A stretch of DNA of 64,000 nucleotides, from positions 26,755-90,754 of IMG/VR virus record IMGVR_UViG_3300037467_001462; one strand, 5' to 3'. This document shows, piece after piece, positions 1 to 9,126 of this stretch. The position numbers and the translations under genes are program-made. This DNA comes from a virus. Position 1 is the first letter of the stretch. Every line of letters starts with the position of its first letter. The notes under the pieces are model-generated. The model searched no databases and was not told the DNA's origin. It was given only the letters and a program-made list of their open reading frames with translations.

Positions 1-116
1 GAGGGGGACGCGGCCTGACGCCGCCGCCAACCTCCGGTCACAGCTAGAACACCTAGGCCCCGCGCGATTGGGCCGTGAACCGTCGCGCGGGGCTTTCTCA
101 TGCCCAGGAGCCAGCC

Positions 117-512
117 ATGGACAACCACGCAACAACCACCCGCCAACTGTTCATCGGCGAACGCATCGCCCCCTTCGCCAACCACCGCTTCAAAGGCGAA
201 CTCGTCGGCCCCGACCTCGAACCCTTCCTCAAAACCCTCGGCATCGTCATCCGCAAACCCCGCGGCCACACCAAATTCCGCCGCGACCAGGACGGCATGG
301 TGTGGCACGAGATCGGCCGCATCCGCATCCACCCGCTCACCAACAACCGTATCGAGGTATGCCCCCGCGAGGGTTTGACCTCATATGAGATGGGCGCCAT
401 GCGTGGCGCAGCGTTCGAGGCATTCACCACGGAAACCATCACTTGGGGCTTCCGCACATTTGGGAAACAACACATCCCCGTCTACGAGAGCAGCATCTAC
501 CTGCCCAACTAG
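117..512 (+). CDS. Hypothetical protein, paralogue of 8084..8530
   Basis: AGGAG RBS before ATG 117; followed by a hairpin; gapless motif match to 8084..8530. Confidence 0.75.
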   Translation: MDNHATTTRQLFIGERIAPFANHRFKGELVGPDLEPFLKTLGIVIRKPRGHTKFRRDQDGMVWHEIGRIRIHPLTNNRIEVCPREGLTSYEMGAMRGAAFEAFTTETITWGFRTFGKQHIPVYESSIYLPN

Positions 513-519
513 ACAACAA

Positions 520-548
520 CGGCCCCCAGCTACCTCAGCTGGGGGCCG
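520..548. terminator. Hairpin between convergent genes (probable bidirectional terminator)
   Basis: CGGCCCCCAGC / GCTGGGGGCCG inverted repeat. Confidence 0.7.
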
Positions 549-558
549 CTTCTCCTGT

Positions 559-756
559 CTACTGCGTGTGTTCAGTCCATTGCTGGCCGTCGAACCAGCG
601 CATCGCGCCCTCCTTGTCCGGGTACCAGCCCGCTTGCGGCGTGTTCGGTTTGCTCGAAGCGCGGATCGCAGCCACCACGCCGGCGACGATCGCGCCGATG
701 ACGAGGAGCGCCACGACCAGCAGCACCAGAATGTGAAAGGGGGACAGGCCGCCCAT
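559..756 (-). CDS. Small membrane protein with DUF2510-like motif
   Basis: N-terminal TM helix, then AGWYPD...MRWFDGQQWTEH. Confidence 0.85.
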   Translation of the reverse strand: MGGLSPFHILVLLVVALLVIGAIVAGVVAAIRASSKPNTPQAGWYPDKEGAMRWFDGQQWTEHTQ

Positions 757-763
757 CGCTACC

Positions 764-1402
764 TCACTTCGCTTTCACTTTGACGCCGCCGGACAGCGAC
801 GAGTCATGGAATTCGAACTTGTCCGGGGTCGTGCCTGGCGGCACGTCGAAAGCCACCAGCTCGTCTGACTCGAATCCCGGATTCAGCTTGTGCCCGAAGA
901 CTTCGCCTTGCCCCTTGTACTCGTTGCCCTCGTCGTCGACCATAGTCTGGTCGCTGGCGTCGAACGTGCTTTCCTTCTTGCCGATGTTCGACACATGCAC
1001 GTGAACAACGACGAACTCGCCTTCCGCTGTGTCTCCGAAGATGCCAGGGCCTCCAACGTGTTTCGCGCCCTGTTCGACGTTGGTTACCTCGAACTCGAAC
1101 TGTCCGTCACGCACTGCGCTACCAGCCGCGGGAACGCCGACGCGCATCCCGTCAGCGATAAGCCACGCGAAGAAGCATCCAGCGACCACGATCAGGGGCC
1201 AACCCCAGCGCGGGATCTTCTTTCGGCCGAACATTGGGCGCGGCGGCGGGGGGCCGGGGGCGTATCCGTACGGACCTGGCGGCGGATAGTTCGGCGGCGG
1301 CCCGTACGCCGCTGGCGGCGCCTGCCACTGCCCAGTAGGTGGCGGGTATGGCTGTCCGCCGGCTGGGGGGAGTGGTTCGGGTTGCGTGTAGGGCGAGGTC
1401 AT
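764..1402 (-). CDS. Pro-rich membrane-anchored DUF4352 (Mpr-like) protein
   Basis: Pro-rich N-terminus, TM helix, VRDGQFEFEV...NPGFES..VAFDVP pattern; start taken at MTSPYTQ. Confidence 0.8.
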   Translation of the reverse strand: MTSPYTQPEPLPPAGGQPYPPPTGQWQAPPAAYGPPPNYPPPGPYGYAPGPPPPRPMFGRKKIPRWGWPLIVVAGCFFAWLIADGMRVGVPAAGSAVRDGQFEFEVTNVEQGAKHVGGPGIFGDTAEGEFVVVHVHVSNIGKKESTFDASDQTMVDDEGNEYKGQGEVFGHKLNPGFESDELVAFDVPPGTTPDKFEFHDSSLSGGVKVKAK

Positions 1403-1547
1403 TGGTGGTCCCGTTGTTGGGGATGGTGTCGGTTTGCGAATCGTTGTGTGCGCGTGGATCGTTAACTGCGAACGCTCGTGTTCGTGAATGTCGAGTATGG
1501 CAGAGTTCGCGCGGCTTGTTTCTGTACCGGCGGGTTTGCTTGTAGGC

Positions 1548-1563
1548 TCGCACGTATGTTCGA
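1548..1563 (+). promoter_or_regulatory. Putative LexA (SOS) box overlapping a leaderless start
   Basis: TCGCACGTATGTTCGA, one mismatch to TCGAAC-N4-GTTCGA; TAGGCT -10 at 1543-1548, 7 nt before ATG 1556. Confidence 0.6.
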
Positions 1564-1876
1564 GGAGTGGCCGGACCCGTTCAACCTGCGCCGCGTTCTG
1601 GACCCACCTGTGCCAGTTCTCGTCGACCTCGACACCATCTTCCCGACCGGCGCCGACATCGGCCGCCCATTTGGGCGTAATCAGATCGCGATGGGCATCA
1701 AAGCTGGCGGACTGGTGGTCACCGGGCAAACCCCTGGACGCTTGCATGCGTGGGCACGCGCTACAGACGGGACATGGTTGGGGCTGGTTGATTTCGTGCT
1801 CACAACAGGGAACCAGCAGGGACGTGAACCGGCGCGGCAATGGGTGCCGGCTCGCGCGTTGAGGGCTACGCGGTGA
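1556..1876 (+). CDS. Hypothetical protein, possibly SOS-regulated
   Basis: ORF MFEEWPDPF...; leaderless promoter geometry. Confidence 0.65.
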   Translation: MFEEWPDPFNLRRVLDPPVPVLVDLDTIFPTGADIGRPFGRNQIAMGIKAGGLVVTGQTPGRLHAWARATDGTWLGLVDFVLTTGNQQGREPARQWVPARALRATR

Positions 1877-2195
1877 CCGTGCCGAAAACGTGGGCCCTCA
1901 TCCGCTTGGTGCCGCGGCGGGCGGTGTCGAGGATGTGGGCGGCTTCGCGTCCGGTCAATCCGAGGCGCGTCGCTAGATCGAGCGGCACCTCGTCTTCGTC
2001 GCTGATCAGTTCCACCAGCAGCCGGTTACGGCTCTGCTCTGCGGCGTGAATTTCGGCGGATGCCTGTTTGAACGTTTCCGAGCGGGATGGGGCGCGGCCA
2101 CCACCAACCCTTTCGGACAGCTCCCCGGTCCCTAGTAGGCGAGCCTTGGCGCGCGCTATCCGCGACATCACCTCGCGTTCGCGGTCTGCGCTCAT
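1866..2195 (-). CDS. Hypothetical protein
   Basis: ATGA overlap with the stop of the upstream XRE-TPR gene. Confidence 0.65.
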   Translation of the reverse strand: MSADREREVMSRIARAKARLLGTGELSERVGGGRAPSRSETFKQASAEIHAAEQSRNRLLVELISDEDEVPLDLATRLGLTGREAAHILDTARRGTKRMRAHVFGTVTA

Positions 2196-3454
2196 ACCGT
2201 CACGATATCGCGCGCCGCCAGCTCGGCGTCCAGGTCCCGCACCGCGCGCGTGCTCGCCCACGGTGCAAGCTGGTGCCGGCCCTCAATGATTGCGCCTGCC
2301 AATCGGGGTGAACGGTTCTGTTCTGCCAGCTCTGCTGCCTCGCTGACGGCAGTAGCGGCTTCCTCGATCGAGTCGAGTTGGATCAAGGCGCGTTCCAGTT
2401 CGAGGAGGGTTACTGCCCGGTCGCGGACGTATTCGGGTTGCATCATGGCCAGCGCGTCGCGTGATGCCTGGGCGGCCTGTTCGGCGCGCCCGAGGATGGT
2501 GAGGCAGTTGCCGCGGTAGGACTCTTGGATGGCGCCGCCCATGAAGTAGGCGCGTGACTGCGATGGGTGTACTGGTTTGAGGCCCACCAGCGCGGCGTCG
2601 GCTTCGTCCAGCGATTGAAGGCACACCGTTTGTTGTCCGGCGATGGCGGCGGCCTCTGCGTTCCGGACAGCGACGTAGGCGCGTAGGTGCCTGTCCGATG
2701 ATTGGGCGGCCCATGAGCGGGCGGCTACCGCGTAATCTACTGCGACGCGGGGTCGTTTCTGCCAGGTGGCGAGTTGGGACAGATGGCACAGCATGTATGC
2801 GCCGAGGTCGGAATCCTCTGCCTCGTGCGCGAATTCGCGTGCCTGCCCGTAGAGGCGCCCGGCGGTCACGTAGTCGCGGACGTCCCACGCCAGAGAGCCG
2901 GCTAGCCCGGTCCATTCTGCGTATAGCGACAGCAGCATCGGCCGTATCGCTGGGGGCGCGTCTTTCAGCAGTGCTTCAGTGACCTGCTGTTGCGCGATCA
3001 CCATTCCTTGCGCGGCCGGCGAACCGAGGAGGTCGTCTAACCGCATCGCCTGGTGCAGGGTTGCCCGCATCAGGTTCACTGCCGCTATGTCTGGTCGTCC
3101 GGCACCGGACAGTAGCCAATTTGCGCGTTCGGTCGCATCGCCCAGGCTCAGGGTGGCTAAGGCGCCTGCGCTGGCCGCCGCGCCAGCTTTCAATAGCTCG
3201 CGCCGCTTCACGTCGTCGTCATCCTCCGGTTTCCGCAGGACAGTGAACCGGGCTGCCGCATCTGCGGGTGCTTTTGCGAGCATCCCCGCGTACAGCGATT
3301 GCGCGTGGGATCCGACCGGCCGTTGCCCTTTTTCCCAACCGCGGACCGAGCGCTCCGACGCTCCGAGCGTGGCGGCGAACTTGGCCTGATTCATCTGGTA
3401 CGCGTGCCGTAGCGCTACGCACTCGATGGCGGTCCATGTGGCGACGATATCCAT
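2192..3454 (-). CDS. XRE-family HTH regulator with TPR-like C-terminal region (actinomycete NsdA-like)
   Basis: N-terminal HTH (QAKFAATLGASERSVRGWEKG), DVKRRELL motif, Ala-rich helical repeats. Confidence 0.85.
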   Translation of the reverse strand: MDIVATWTAIECVALRHAYQMNQAKFAATLGASERSVRGWEKGQRPVGSHAQSLYAGMLAKAPADAAARFTVLRKPEDDDDVKRRELLKAGAAASAGALATLSLGDATERANWLLSGAGRPDIAAVNLMRATLHQAMRLDDLLGSPAAQGMVIAQQQVTEALLKDAPPAIRPMLLSLYAEWTGLAGSLAWDVRDYVTAGRLYGQAREFAHEAEDSDLGAYMLCHLSQLATWQKRPRVAVDYAVAARSWAAQSSDRHLRAYVAVRNAEAAAIAGQQTVCLQSLDEADAALVGLKPVHPSQSRAYFMGGAIQESYRGNCLTILGRAEQAAQASRDALAMMQPEYVRDRAVTLLELERALIQLDSIEEAATAVSEAAELAEQNRSPRLAGAIIEGRHQLAPWASTRAVRDLDAELAARDIVTV

Positions 3455-3620
3455 GTGCGCCCCCTGCGACGGAAGTGGTCTGGGTCAGATTAGCCGGTTT
3501 TTGTCCGGTCTTTGTCCGGAAATGCCCGCCGGACAACGGAAACGATCAGGTTATGCCCCGCCGCCGGGCGCCGTGCAGACCCCGGCGGCGGGAGCGATCA
3601 CACCAACTGAGGAGCTGACT

Positions 3621-3761
3621 GTGACCGCGCTAGTGATTGTGTGCGTGATTCTCGCAATTGTCATCTACGGCGCGATTGTGGCGTGGCCGCAACGGATTCC
3701 GAGCGACCGCACCGTCGCCGCGATCCGGCGTCGCATCGATGATGAGGACAAACGCCGATGA
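3621..3761 (+). CDS. Small membrane protein
   Basis: GAGGAG RBS, GTG start, hydrophobic helix, overlaps next ATG. Confidence 0.6.
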   Translation: MTALVIVCVILAIVIYGAIVAWPQRIPSDRTVAAIRRRIDDEDKRR

Positions 3762-4078
3762 AAATCTCGACGCCGATGAGTCGTTGGCAGCGTGTCGATT
3801 CCATCACCAAGCATGACGGGTGGACGGTCCGCTGGTACCTGAACGTCTCCGACCATGTGCGCATCACCGGCGCCACTACGCCTGGCGGGCGTGAAGCCGC
3901 CTTGCCCGACGGTGAACTCCCGCTGCCCACAGCCCGCAACTACATCCCCGGCGTCGTGTGCGACGTCGTCGAGGCGGAGAAGTACAAGGACTGCCCACGT
4001 ATGCAGGCGTTTCTTCGTAACCATCGGCAGGCGCGGGAGAGTTGGTTGGCGTATTGGGAGGCGCGGGGGATGAGCTGA
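3758..4078 (+). CDS. Hypothetical protein
   Basis: Coupled ORF (ATGA overlap). Confidence 0.6.
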   Translation: MKISTPMSRWQRVDSITKHDGWTVRWYLNVSDHVRITGATTPGGREAALPDGELPLPTARNYIPGVVCDVVEAEKYKDCPRMQAFLRNHRQARESWLAYWEARGMS

Positions 4079-4271
4079 GGCTTCCATGTCGCCTCGCCGG
4101 ACTGTGTTCGGCGAGGTTCGGGGAGGCTCGCCTCCCCGCACAAATGAATAGCCCCGGCGGGGCCGCCGCTCCACAAACGGTCGTCCCGCCGGGGTCTATT
4201 CGCAGACTGCCGGTCAAATCGTGACCGGTATCCACGGCGGCAGTCGCCGCCCCACCCCTAGGAGATCCGAA

Positions 4272-4499
4272 ATGCATTTCGCCCCCAATGCTGGCGAGTT
4301 GCGTACCACCGTCGCTTTCCGGAAGGCGACCGCATCAAATCCGAGCGGCAACTGTGTGGAGGTCGCCGAACTCGCTGACGGCACCGTCGCGATCCGCCAC
4401 TCCAGCAACCCGAGCGGGGCGGCGTTGATCTACACCCCCGGCGAGTGGGATGCGTTCGAGGCTGGCGTGAAGGCGGGGGAGTTCAGCCGCCAAGGGTGA
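4272..4499 (+). CDS. DUF397 family protein
   Basis: FRKATAS...GNCVEVA...VAIRHS...EWDAFEAGVKAGEF; AGGAG RBS. Confidence 0.9.
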   Translation: MHFAPNAGELRTTVAFRKATASNPSGNCVEVAELADGTVAIRHSSNPSGAALIYTPGEWDAFEAGVKAGEFSRQG

Positions 4500-4516
4500 C
4501 CGGCGCGAGCGGTTCA

Positions 4517-4556
4517 GGGGCCTCCGGAGCCTATTCCGGAGGCCCCACTTTTTTTT
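4517..4556 (+). terminator. Rho-independent terminator
   Basis: GGGGCCTCCGGA / TCCGGAGGCCCC stem followed by a T8 run. Confidence 0.9.
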
Positions 4557-4613
4557 GCGTGTCTCCCTCTTGGTCACCCAAGGGTGGTGTGAGCTGCTAG
4601 TGGTCAACGTGCG

Positions 4614-4647
4614 GTGTTGTGACTACACTAGTCGATAGCTACAACAC
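4614..4647. promoter_or_regulatory. Tandem operator-like sites upstream of xis
   Basis: GTGTTGTGACTACAC at 4614 and degenerate copy CGATAGCTACAACAC at 4633. Confidence 0.7.
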
Positions 4648-4659
4648 TCAGGAGATGCT

Positions 4660-4872
4660 GTGACCAGATCGGAGCAGCCCGCGTCGGTGGAGCCGCTGTG
4701 GGATATCAATGACCTCGCTACTTTCTTGAAGCTCCCGGTAGGGACGATTCGGACGTGGCGGAAACGCGGTTACGGGCCGCGTCCGGTGCGCGGTGCCGCG
4801 CTCGGCAACCATTTGCGGTGGCGACCGGAGACCGTCATGGCGTGGCTCGACACCGATGACGAGGCCGCCTAA
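4660..4872 (+). CDS. xis: Excisionase / recombination directionality factor (HTH_17-like)
   Basis: PLWDINDLATFLKLPVGTIRTWR...GP...HLRW; directly upstream of the integrase. Confidence 0.85.
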   Translation: MTRSEQPASVEPLWDINDLATFLKLPVGTIRTWRKRGYGPRPVRGAALGNHLRWRPETVMAWLDTDDEAA

Positions 4873-4874
4873 CC

Positions 4875-6185
4875 ATGTCGCACGTACAAGACCGATGGTT
4901 CAAAGAGGAACCCGACCCGGACAAGCCCGGTAAGACCAGGAAGGTCCGCACCAAAGCCTATGGGAAAGGGATGCGGTACAAGGTCCGCTGGACTCCGGAA
5001 GGCGAGTCGGAGAAGTCGAAGCTGTTCCCCGACAAGAAGAAGGGCGAAGCCGACGCCTACAAGACATTCATCGACAATGCGATGTTGGAGCGCGCCTACG
5101 TCGACCCGAACCTCGGCAAAACCCCGTTCAAGCAGGTCGCCTACGACTGGTTGAAGGGCACCTCAGCAGACCCGTCGTCACGTGACACGAAGAAGCGGCA
5201 GATGGACAAACACATCATCCCGCACTTCGAGAAGTCGTCGATCGCGCGTGCGGGGACGGTGCCGGCAGTGCGGGACTGGCTGGAGTGGGTGCAGCGGCGT
5301 GGTTTGGATCCTGTGTATGTGGCGCAGTTGTTCGAGCAGCTGTCGAGCATCCTGGGGATGGCGCATCGGGAGAAGTACATCTCGGAGAATCCGTGTAAGT
5401 CGGCGTCGATCACGAAGCCGCGGGCGCCGAAGAAGCGGATCGTGCCGTGGGCGAAGTCGAAGGTGGATGCAATCCATGACGCCCTGCCTGACCGGAACAA
5501 GATAATCATCCCGTTGGGGGCTGGGGTGGGTATGCGTCAGGGCGAGATTCTTGCGGTGGATGTGGCCGAGGATGTGGATCGCGCGGATCAGACGATCCAT
5601 GTGCAACGGCAGATCCGCAGGCTGGAGAACGGGGTGTTGGTTTTTTCGCTGCCGAAGCACGACCACACTCGGGTGGCTCCACTCTCGAATTGGGTGTTGA
5701 AGTCGATTGATGCCTATCAGGAGTTGTTTCCTCCTGTCCCGGTCACGCTTCCCTGGAAGTTTGCTGGCGGGCCTTTGGTGACGTTCAACGTGCTGATGAC
5801 GCGCGAGGACGGCAAGGTTTGGTATGGGGAGTTGTTCAACGCGACGGTGTGGAAGGGTGCGTTTCGGGAGTCGGGTGTTCCGCACCGGCGGCGGATCGAC
5901 GGTATGCATCAGCTCCGCCATTTCTATGCGTCGACTCAGTTGGCTAATTTGGTGTCGGTTCGGGAGCTTGCGGAGTACCTTGGGCACGCGGATGCTGCTC
6001 TGACGTTGAACACGTACGGGCATCTGATGCCTGATAGCCACTCCCGGTCTCGGGCGGCTGTGGATACGGTCTGGGGTGTGGTGTCTGATCCTGGGACGGC
6101 CTACGGACGGCCTGAGGGGTCGGAGGGGGTTGAGGGTGGTGACCTGGGCGAAGGTCATCGGATAGTGGATTTGGATGAAATGTAG
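4875..6185 (+). CDS. int: Tyrosine integrase
   Basis: GMRQGE (Arg), HQLRHFYAS (HxLRH), LGH...TLNTYGH (catalytic Tyr). Confidence 0.95.
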   Translation: MSHVQDRWFKEEPDPDKPGKTRKVRTKAYGKGMRYKVRWTPEGESEKSKLFPDKKKGEADAYKTFIDNAMLERAYVDPNLGKTPFKQVAYDWLKGTSADPSSRDTKKRQMDKHIIPHFEKSSIARAGTVPAVRDWLEWVQRRGLDPVYVAQLFEQLSSILGMAHREKYISENPCKSASITKPRAPKKRIVPWAKSKVDAIHDALPDRNKIIIPLGAGVGMRQGEILAVDVAEDVDRADQTIHVQRQIRRLENGVLVFSLPKHDHTRVAPLSNWVLKSIDAYQELFPPVPVTLPWKFAGGPLVTFNVLMTREDGKVWYGELFNATVWKGAFRESGVPHRRRIDGMHQLRHFYASTQLANLVSVRELAEYLGHADAALTLNTYGHLMPDSHSRSRAAVDTVWGVVSDPGTAYGRPEGSEGVEGGDLGEGHRIVDLDEM

Positions 6186-6411
6186 GTGGTTACCTGGGGG
6201 TTTGGGGTGGCGCGAATAGGTGTGGGGGCTTGCGACCGTTAGGGTGGTCGTCATGGCTGAGTTCATTTACCAGATGAACCACGGCCTAAAGCCCCTGGTG
6301 GCACAGCGCCACTCGAAACCCCTTCCTACATGCGGATTCTCGGTCACCATAGGGCAGCGTTAGACACCTACAGTCAGCGCGTGACGGCCTGTAGACGGCC
6401 TGACACGGCCC
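6095..6411. other. Putative attP: ettA-like core (6253-6278) flanked by GACGGCCT arm-type repeats
   Basis: ATGGCTGAGTTCATTTACCAGATGAA reads MAEFIYQM; GACGGCCT at 6095, 6106, 6383 and 6394 (11-bp spacing). Confidence 0.7.
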
Positions 6412-6663
6412 GAGCGTGAGCAACCTGCACCTCACCAACCGTCGCAGCGGCCCGCAATCCGCAACCCGCACACACAAATCGACGACCACCAATACCGGGG
6501 AGCGAACACAATGCCGCCCAAGCAAACCGACACCGAGACACCAGCCCGCCCGCCACAAGCCACGAGAACGACCCCGAATAGCCTCCCAGGCACCAACACC
6601 GCCAACCGCGCCGAAAAGCCGCCACAAGGCCAGCGAGACCAATTCAGGAAACCGCGCCCGACC

Positions 6664-7416
6664 CTATTCGCTGTCGAATAGCCGAGCCGTCACCCATTCC
6701 GCGGCCTTCTTCACCACCGGCACCAAACCCACCGCCGCCAGCGCCAGCCCCACAGGGATCCTGAAAACCTCAGTCACAGCCACGGAATGGTTCGCCAATA
6801 TCTGCGGACGCTCCACGATCGCCCACACCATCCAACCCGTCCACGCGATCCCCGCGACCCCGATCACACCGATACTCCACAACACTGTCCGCGCCTCCCA
6901 CCGCCAAATCCGAGCCTGCGCGATACCGCCAGCAGCGAACAGAAGGCAGGTTCCCACCGTGAACAGCAGAACAATCGACATGTACACAAGCGACGCCGGA
7001 TCATGCATCGAGAAATCATCGTCCGCGGCAACCGAACCCAGACGACCCACCCGCGACGCTACGACCATCCCTACCAGGCAGGCGCCGGAGAACCACGACC
7101 ATGCCCGCGAAAACCACGTCCAGCGTGCGGGAATCAGGCGCCGCCGGCTCGGATCCACGAACAGCATCCGAATCCACATCAAACCGATCAGCCAGGCAGT
7201 GACCACCGTCAGGCAAGTGTGGGCGACGTCGGACACGTTGTCCCCGAGGATCCCCCGTAACGCTGGGTCGACGTGTCGTTCCCCAATGCTGTTCATCGAC
7301 AGAGCAAACGAAACAGCCAAGACGGCGAGGGCGATGGTGTAGTGACGGGTCTTCCTGTCCCAGATCGACAGCCGAGCGGAAGCTACAAGTAGGAGGATGA
7401 CAACGACGGCGCCCAC
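6664..7416 (-). CDS. Multi-pass membrane protein
   Basis: About 7 hydrophobic segments; downstream of an XRE gene. Confidence 0.75.
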   Translation of the reverse strand: MGAVVVILLLVASARLSIWDRKTRHYTIALAVLAVSFALSMNSIGERHVDPALRGILGDNVSDVAHTCLTVVTAWLIGLMWIRMLFVDPSRRRLIPARWTWFSRAWSWFSGACLVGMVVASRVGRLGSVAADDDFSMHDPASLVYMSIVLLFTVGTCLLFAAGGIAQARIWRWEARTVLWSIGVIGVAGIAWTGWMVWAIVERPQILANHSVAVTEVFRIPVGLALAAVGLVPVVKKAAEWVTARLFDSE

Positions 7417-7504
7417 ATCCCCACGTTATGCCCCGAATCCGACACGAAACACAAAGTTCGCCGAAACGATCCCTATCGGTCTGATGTTTCCTAGGGTAAC
7501 GAGA

Positions 7505-7807
7505 TCAGGTAAATCCCAGCGAATCTCGGATCTCGTCCTCCGGGGTGCGGTCCCAGCCAGTCCAACGCTCCTCAGCGTTCTTCTGCAACTGCCAGCCCGG
7601 CGTGCCGATAGCGCGACCGAGCCGAGCGAGCGTTTCCGGCGTCAGGCGTGTCTCACCGCTTTCCAGCCGCTTATAGCTGGACCTGGTCATACCCAGTGCG
7701 ATCCACACATCTTCCTGCCTCAACCCGGCCGCGACTCGGCACTCGGCGATCACCCTGCCGAGCACCTGATCGAGGTCGTCGGTCCGTATGGCCCGCCGCC
7801 GCTCCAC
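7505..7807 (-). CDS. XRE-family HTH regulator
   Basis: GLRQEDV..ALGMTRSSYKRLESGETRLT; exact start uncertain. Confidence 0.8.
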   Translation of the reverse strand: MERRRAIRTDDLDQVLGRVIAECRVAAGLRQEDVWIALGMTRSSYKRLESGETRLTPETLARLGRAIGTPGWQLQKNAEERWTGWDRTPEDEIRDSLGFT

Positions 7808-8083
7808 CGCACCACCCTAACCGGTCTGCGTCGGAACTCGCCGCCAATACCCGCCCTGCCAACGTCGCAAACATCACGATTGTGATTCATGGCAAATTTG
7901 TGGCGACAAGCTATTGTAAGGTCCAGAATCTGGGCTGTAGAGTACGTGACAGCCTCAGTTTAGAGGAAGAGTTTACGGCTTAATCACGAGCAGCCAACGT
8001 CCCACTGTCGGGGAGGGTGAGGCGAGACGTGAACGCCCCACACACCATCCACGTCAATGAGCCTTTGCTCGGAGGGCCACCCA

Positions 8084-8530
8084 ATGAAGCGCGACCTCTA
8101 CCGCCAATACCAATGCGCACGCATCGACGACACCGAACTCGCCGACCTCGCCAAACTCGGCATCAGCACGCGCCCACCGAGCGGCACCCTCTGCTACTGG
8201 CCGGACGAAAACCGCCAGCTCTGGAAAGAGATCGGCCACGTCATCGTGTGGGACGAAGCCGAACGCCGCATCGAAATCCTCCCCTACGAGGGTGTCGACG
8301 ACGAAGACCGCGCCGCACTCGCCGGCGCCGGATGGGAAGCCTGGTTCAACGGCCCCGAGATCGACGACCAGTGGGAGTACCGGGCCGCGACCGCGGGCGG
8401 CACCTACTGGGCTACCACCATCAACACCAAGGTTGGTGCGGATGATCCGTTCGCGATGATCATCCGTGCTGCGGAGAACTTCCGTGAGCGTCAGGATCGG
8501 TTGCTGGATCAAGGATTCGACGCAGCCTGA
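8084..8530 (+). CDS. Hypothetical protein, paralogue of 117..512
   Basis: GGAGG RBS before ATG 8084; ends -AA; followed by a terminator. Confidence 0.75.
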   Translation: MKRDLYRQYQCARIDDTELADLAKLGISTRPPSGTLCYWPDENRQLWKEIGHVIVWDEAERRIEILPYEGVDDEDRAALAGAGWEAWFNGPEIDDQWEYRAATAGGTYWATTINTKVGADDPFAMIIRAAENFRERQDRLLDQGFDAA

Positions 8531-8541
8531 CGACGTGCTTA

Positions 8542-8585
8542 AGGCGTCGACCGAGCCCCTGCGGCTTTGGTCGACGCCTCTTTTT
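8542..8585 (+). terminator. Rho-independent terminator (likely bidirectional)
   Basis: AGGCGTCGACC / GGTCGACGCCT stem plus T run. Confidence 0.85.
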
Positions 8586-8606
8586 GTGTTCTAGGGCATC
8601 GAGGCT

Positions 8607-9035
8607 TTATGGCTTGACTGATTGTCGTTTGCCTTGCGCGCGCACGGTTGTCGTGCCTGGCGTCTGCTCAGGCGCGGCGGATGGTTGGTTCGATGCTTCC
8701 GATAGCCGGCGGCCGATTTCGGCGACGAGGACTTCGTTGGGGAGGTCCTTGGCTTCGGGAGTGGGTGCCGTGGTGGTGATGCCGAGTTCTTCCATGGTGG
8801 CGAATTCGGCGCGGTCGAAGGCTTCGGCGATGGGGCGCCCGAAGTGGAGGGCGACCTTGCGGGCGACGTGGGGGTCGGGTCCGCCGACTCCGCGTTCCCA
8901 GTAGCCGGGGGTTGACCTGGCTACACCGACTGCTTCGGCGAGCTGCGACTTGTTCGTCTCCGTGGCTTTCATGAGGGAGTCCACGTAGTACCACCAGCGG
9001 GTGGGGGTGTTCTGGTCTTCGGGTTCGGTCGTCAT
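8607..9035 (-). CDS. Probable immunity repressor (XRE HTH)
   Basis: KSQLAEAVGVARSTPGYWERG HTH; divergent from the early rightward operon. Confidence 0.75.
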   Translation of the reverse strand: MTTEPEDQNTPTRWWYYVDSLMKATETNKSQLAEAVGVARSTPGYWERGVGGPDPHVARKVALHFGRPIAEAFDRAEFATMEELGITTTAPTPEAKDLPNEVLVAEIGRRLSEASNQPSAAPEQTPGTTTVRAQGKRQSVKP

Positions 9036-9126
9036 GGGGACAGTCCTGTGTCTCTGGATCGGCCGCGCCTACCGGGTGGTAGGGCTTCTAGAGATTGAGG
9101 ATATATACAGGCTTCACTATTGGGAA

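Noticed and set aside
1469-1484. Second SOS box CGAAC-N6-GTTCG
   Set aside because: Spacer is 6 nt rather than the required 4
5178-6266. Long antisense ORFs (also 15728..16690, 16694..17875, 21092..22078, 59929..60756)
   Set aside because: Shadow ORFs expected from high GC3 codon bias opposite real genes; no motifs
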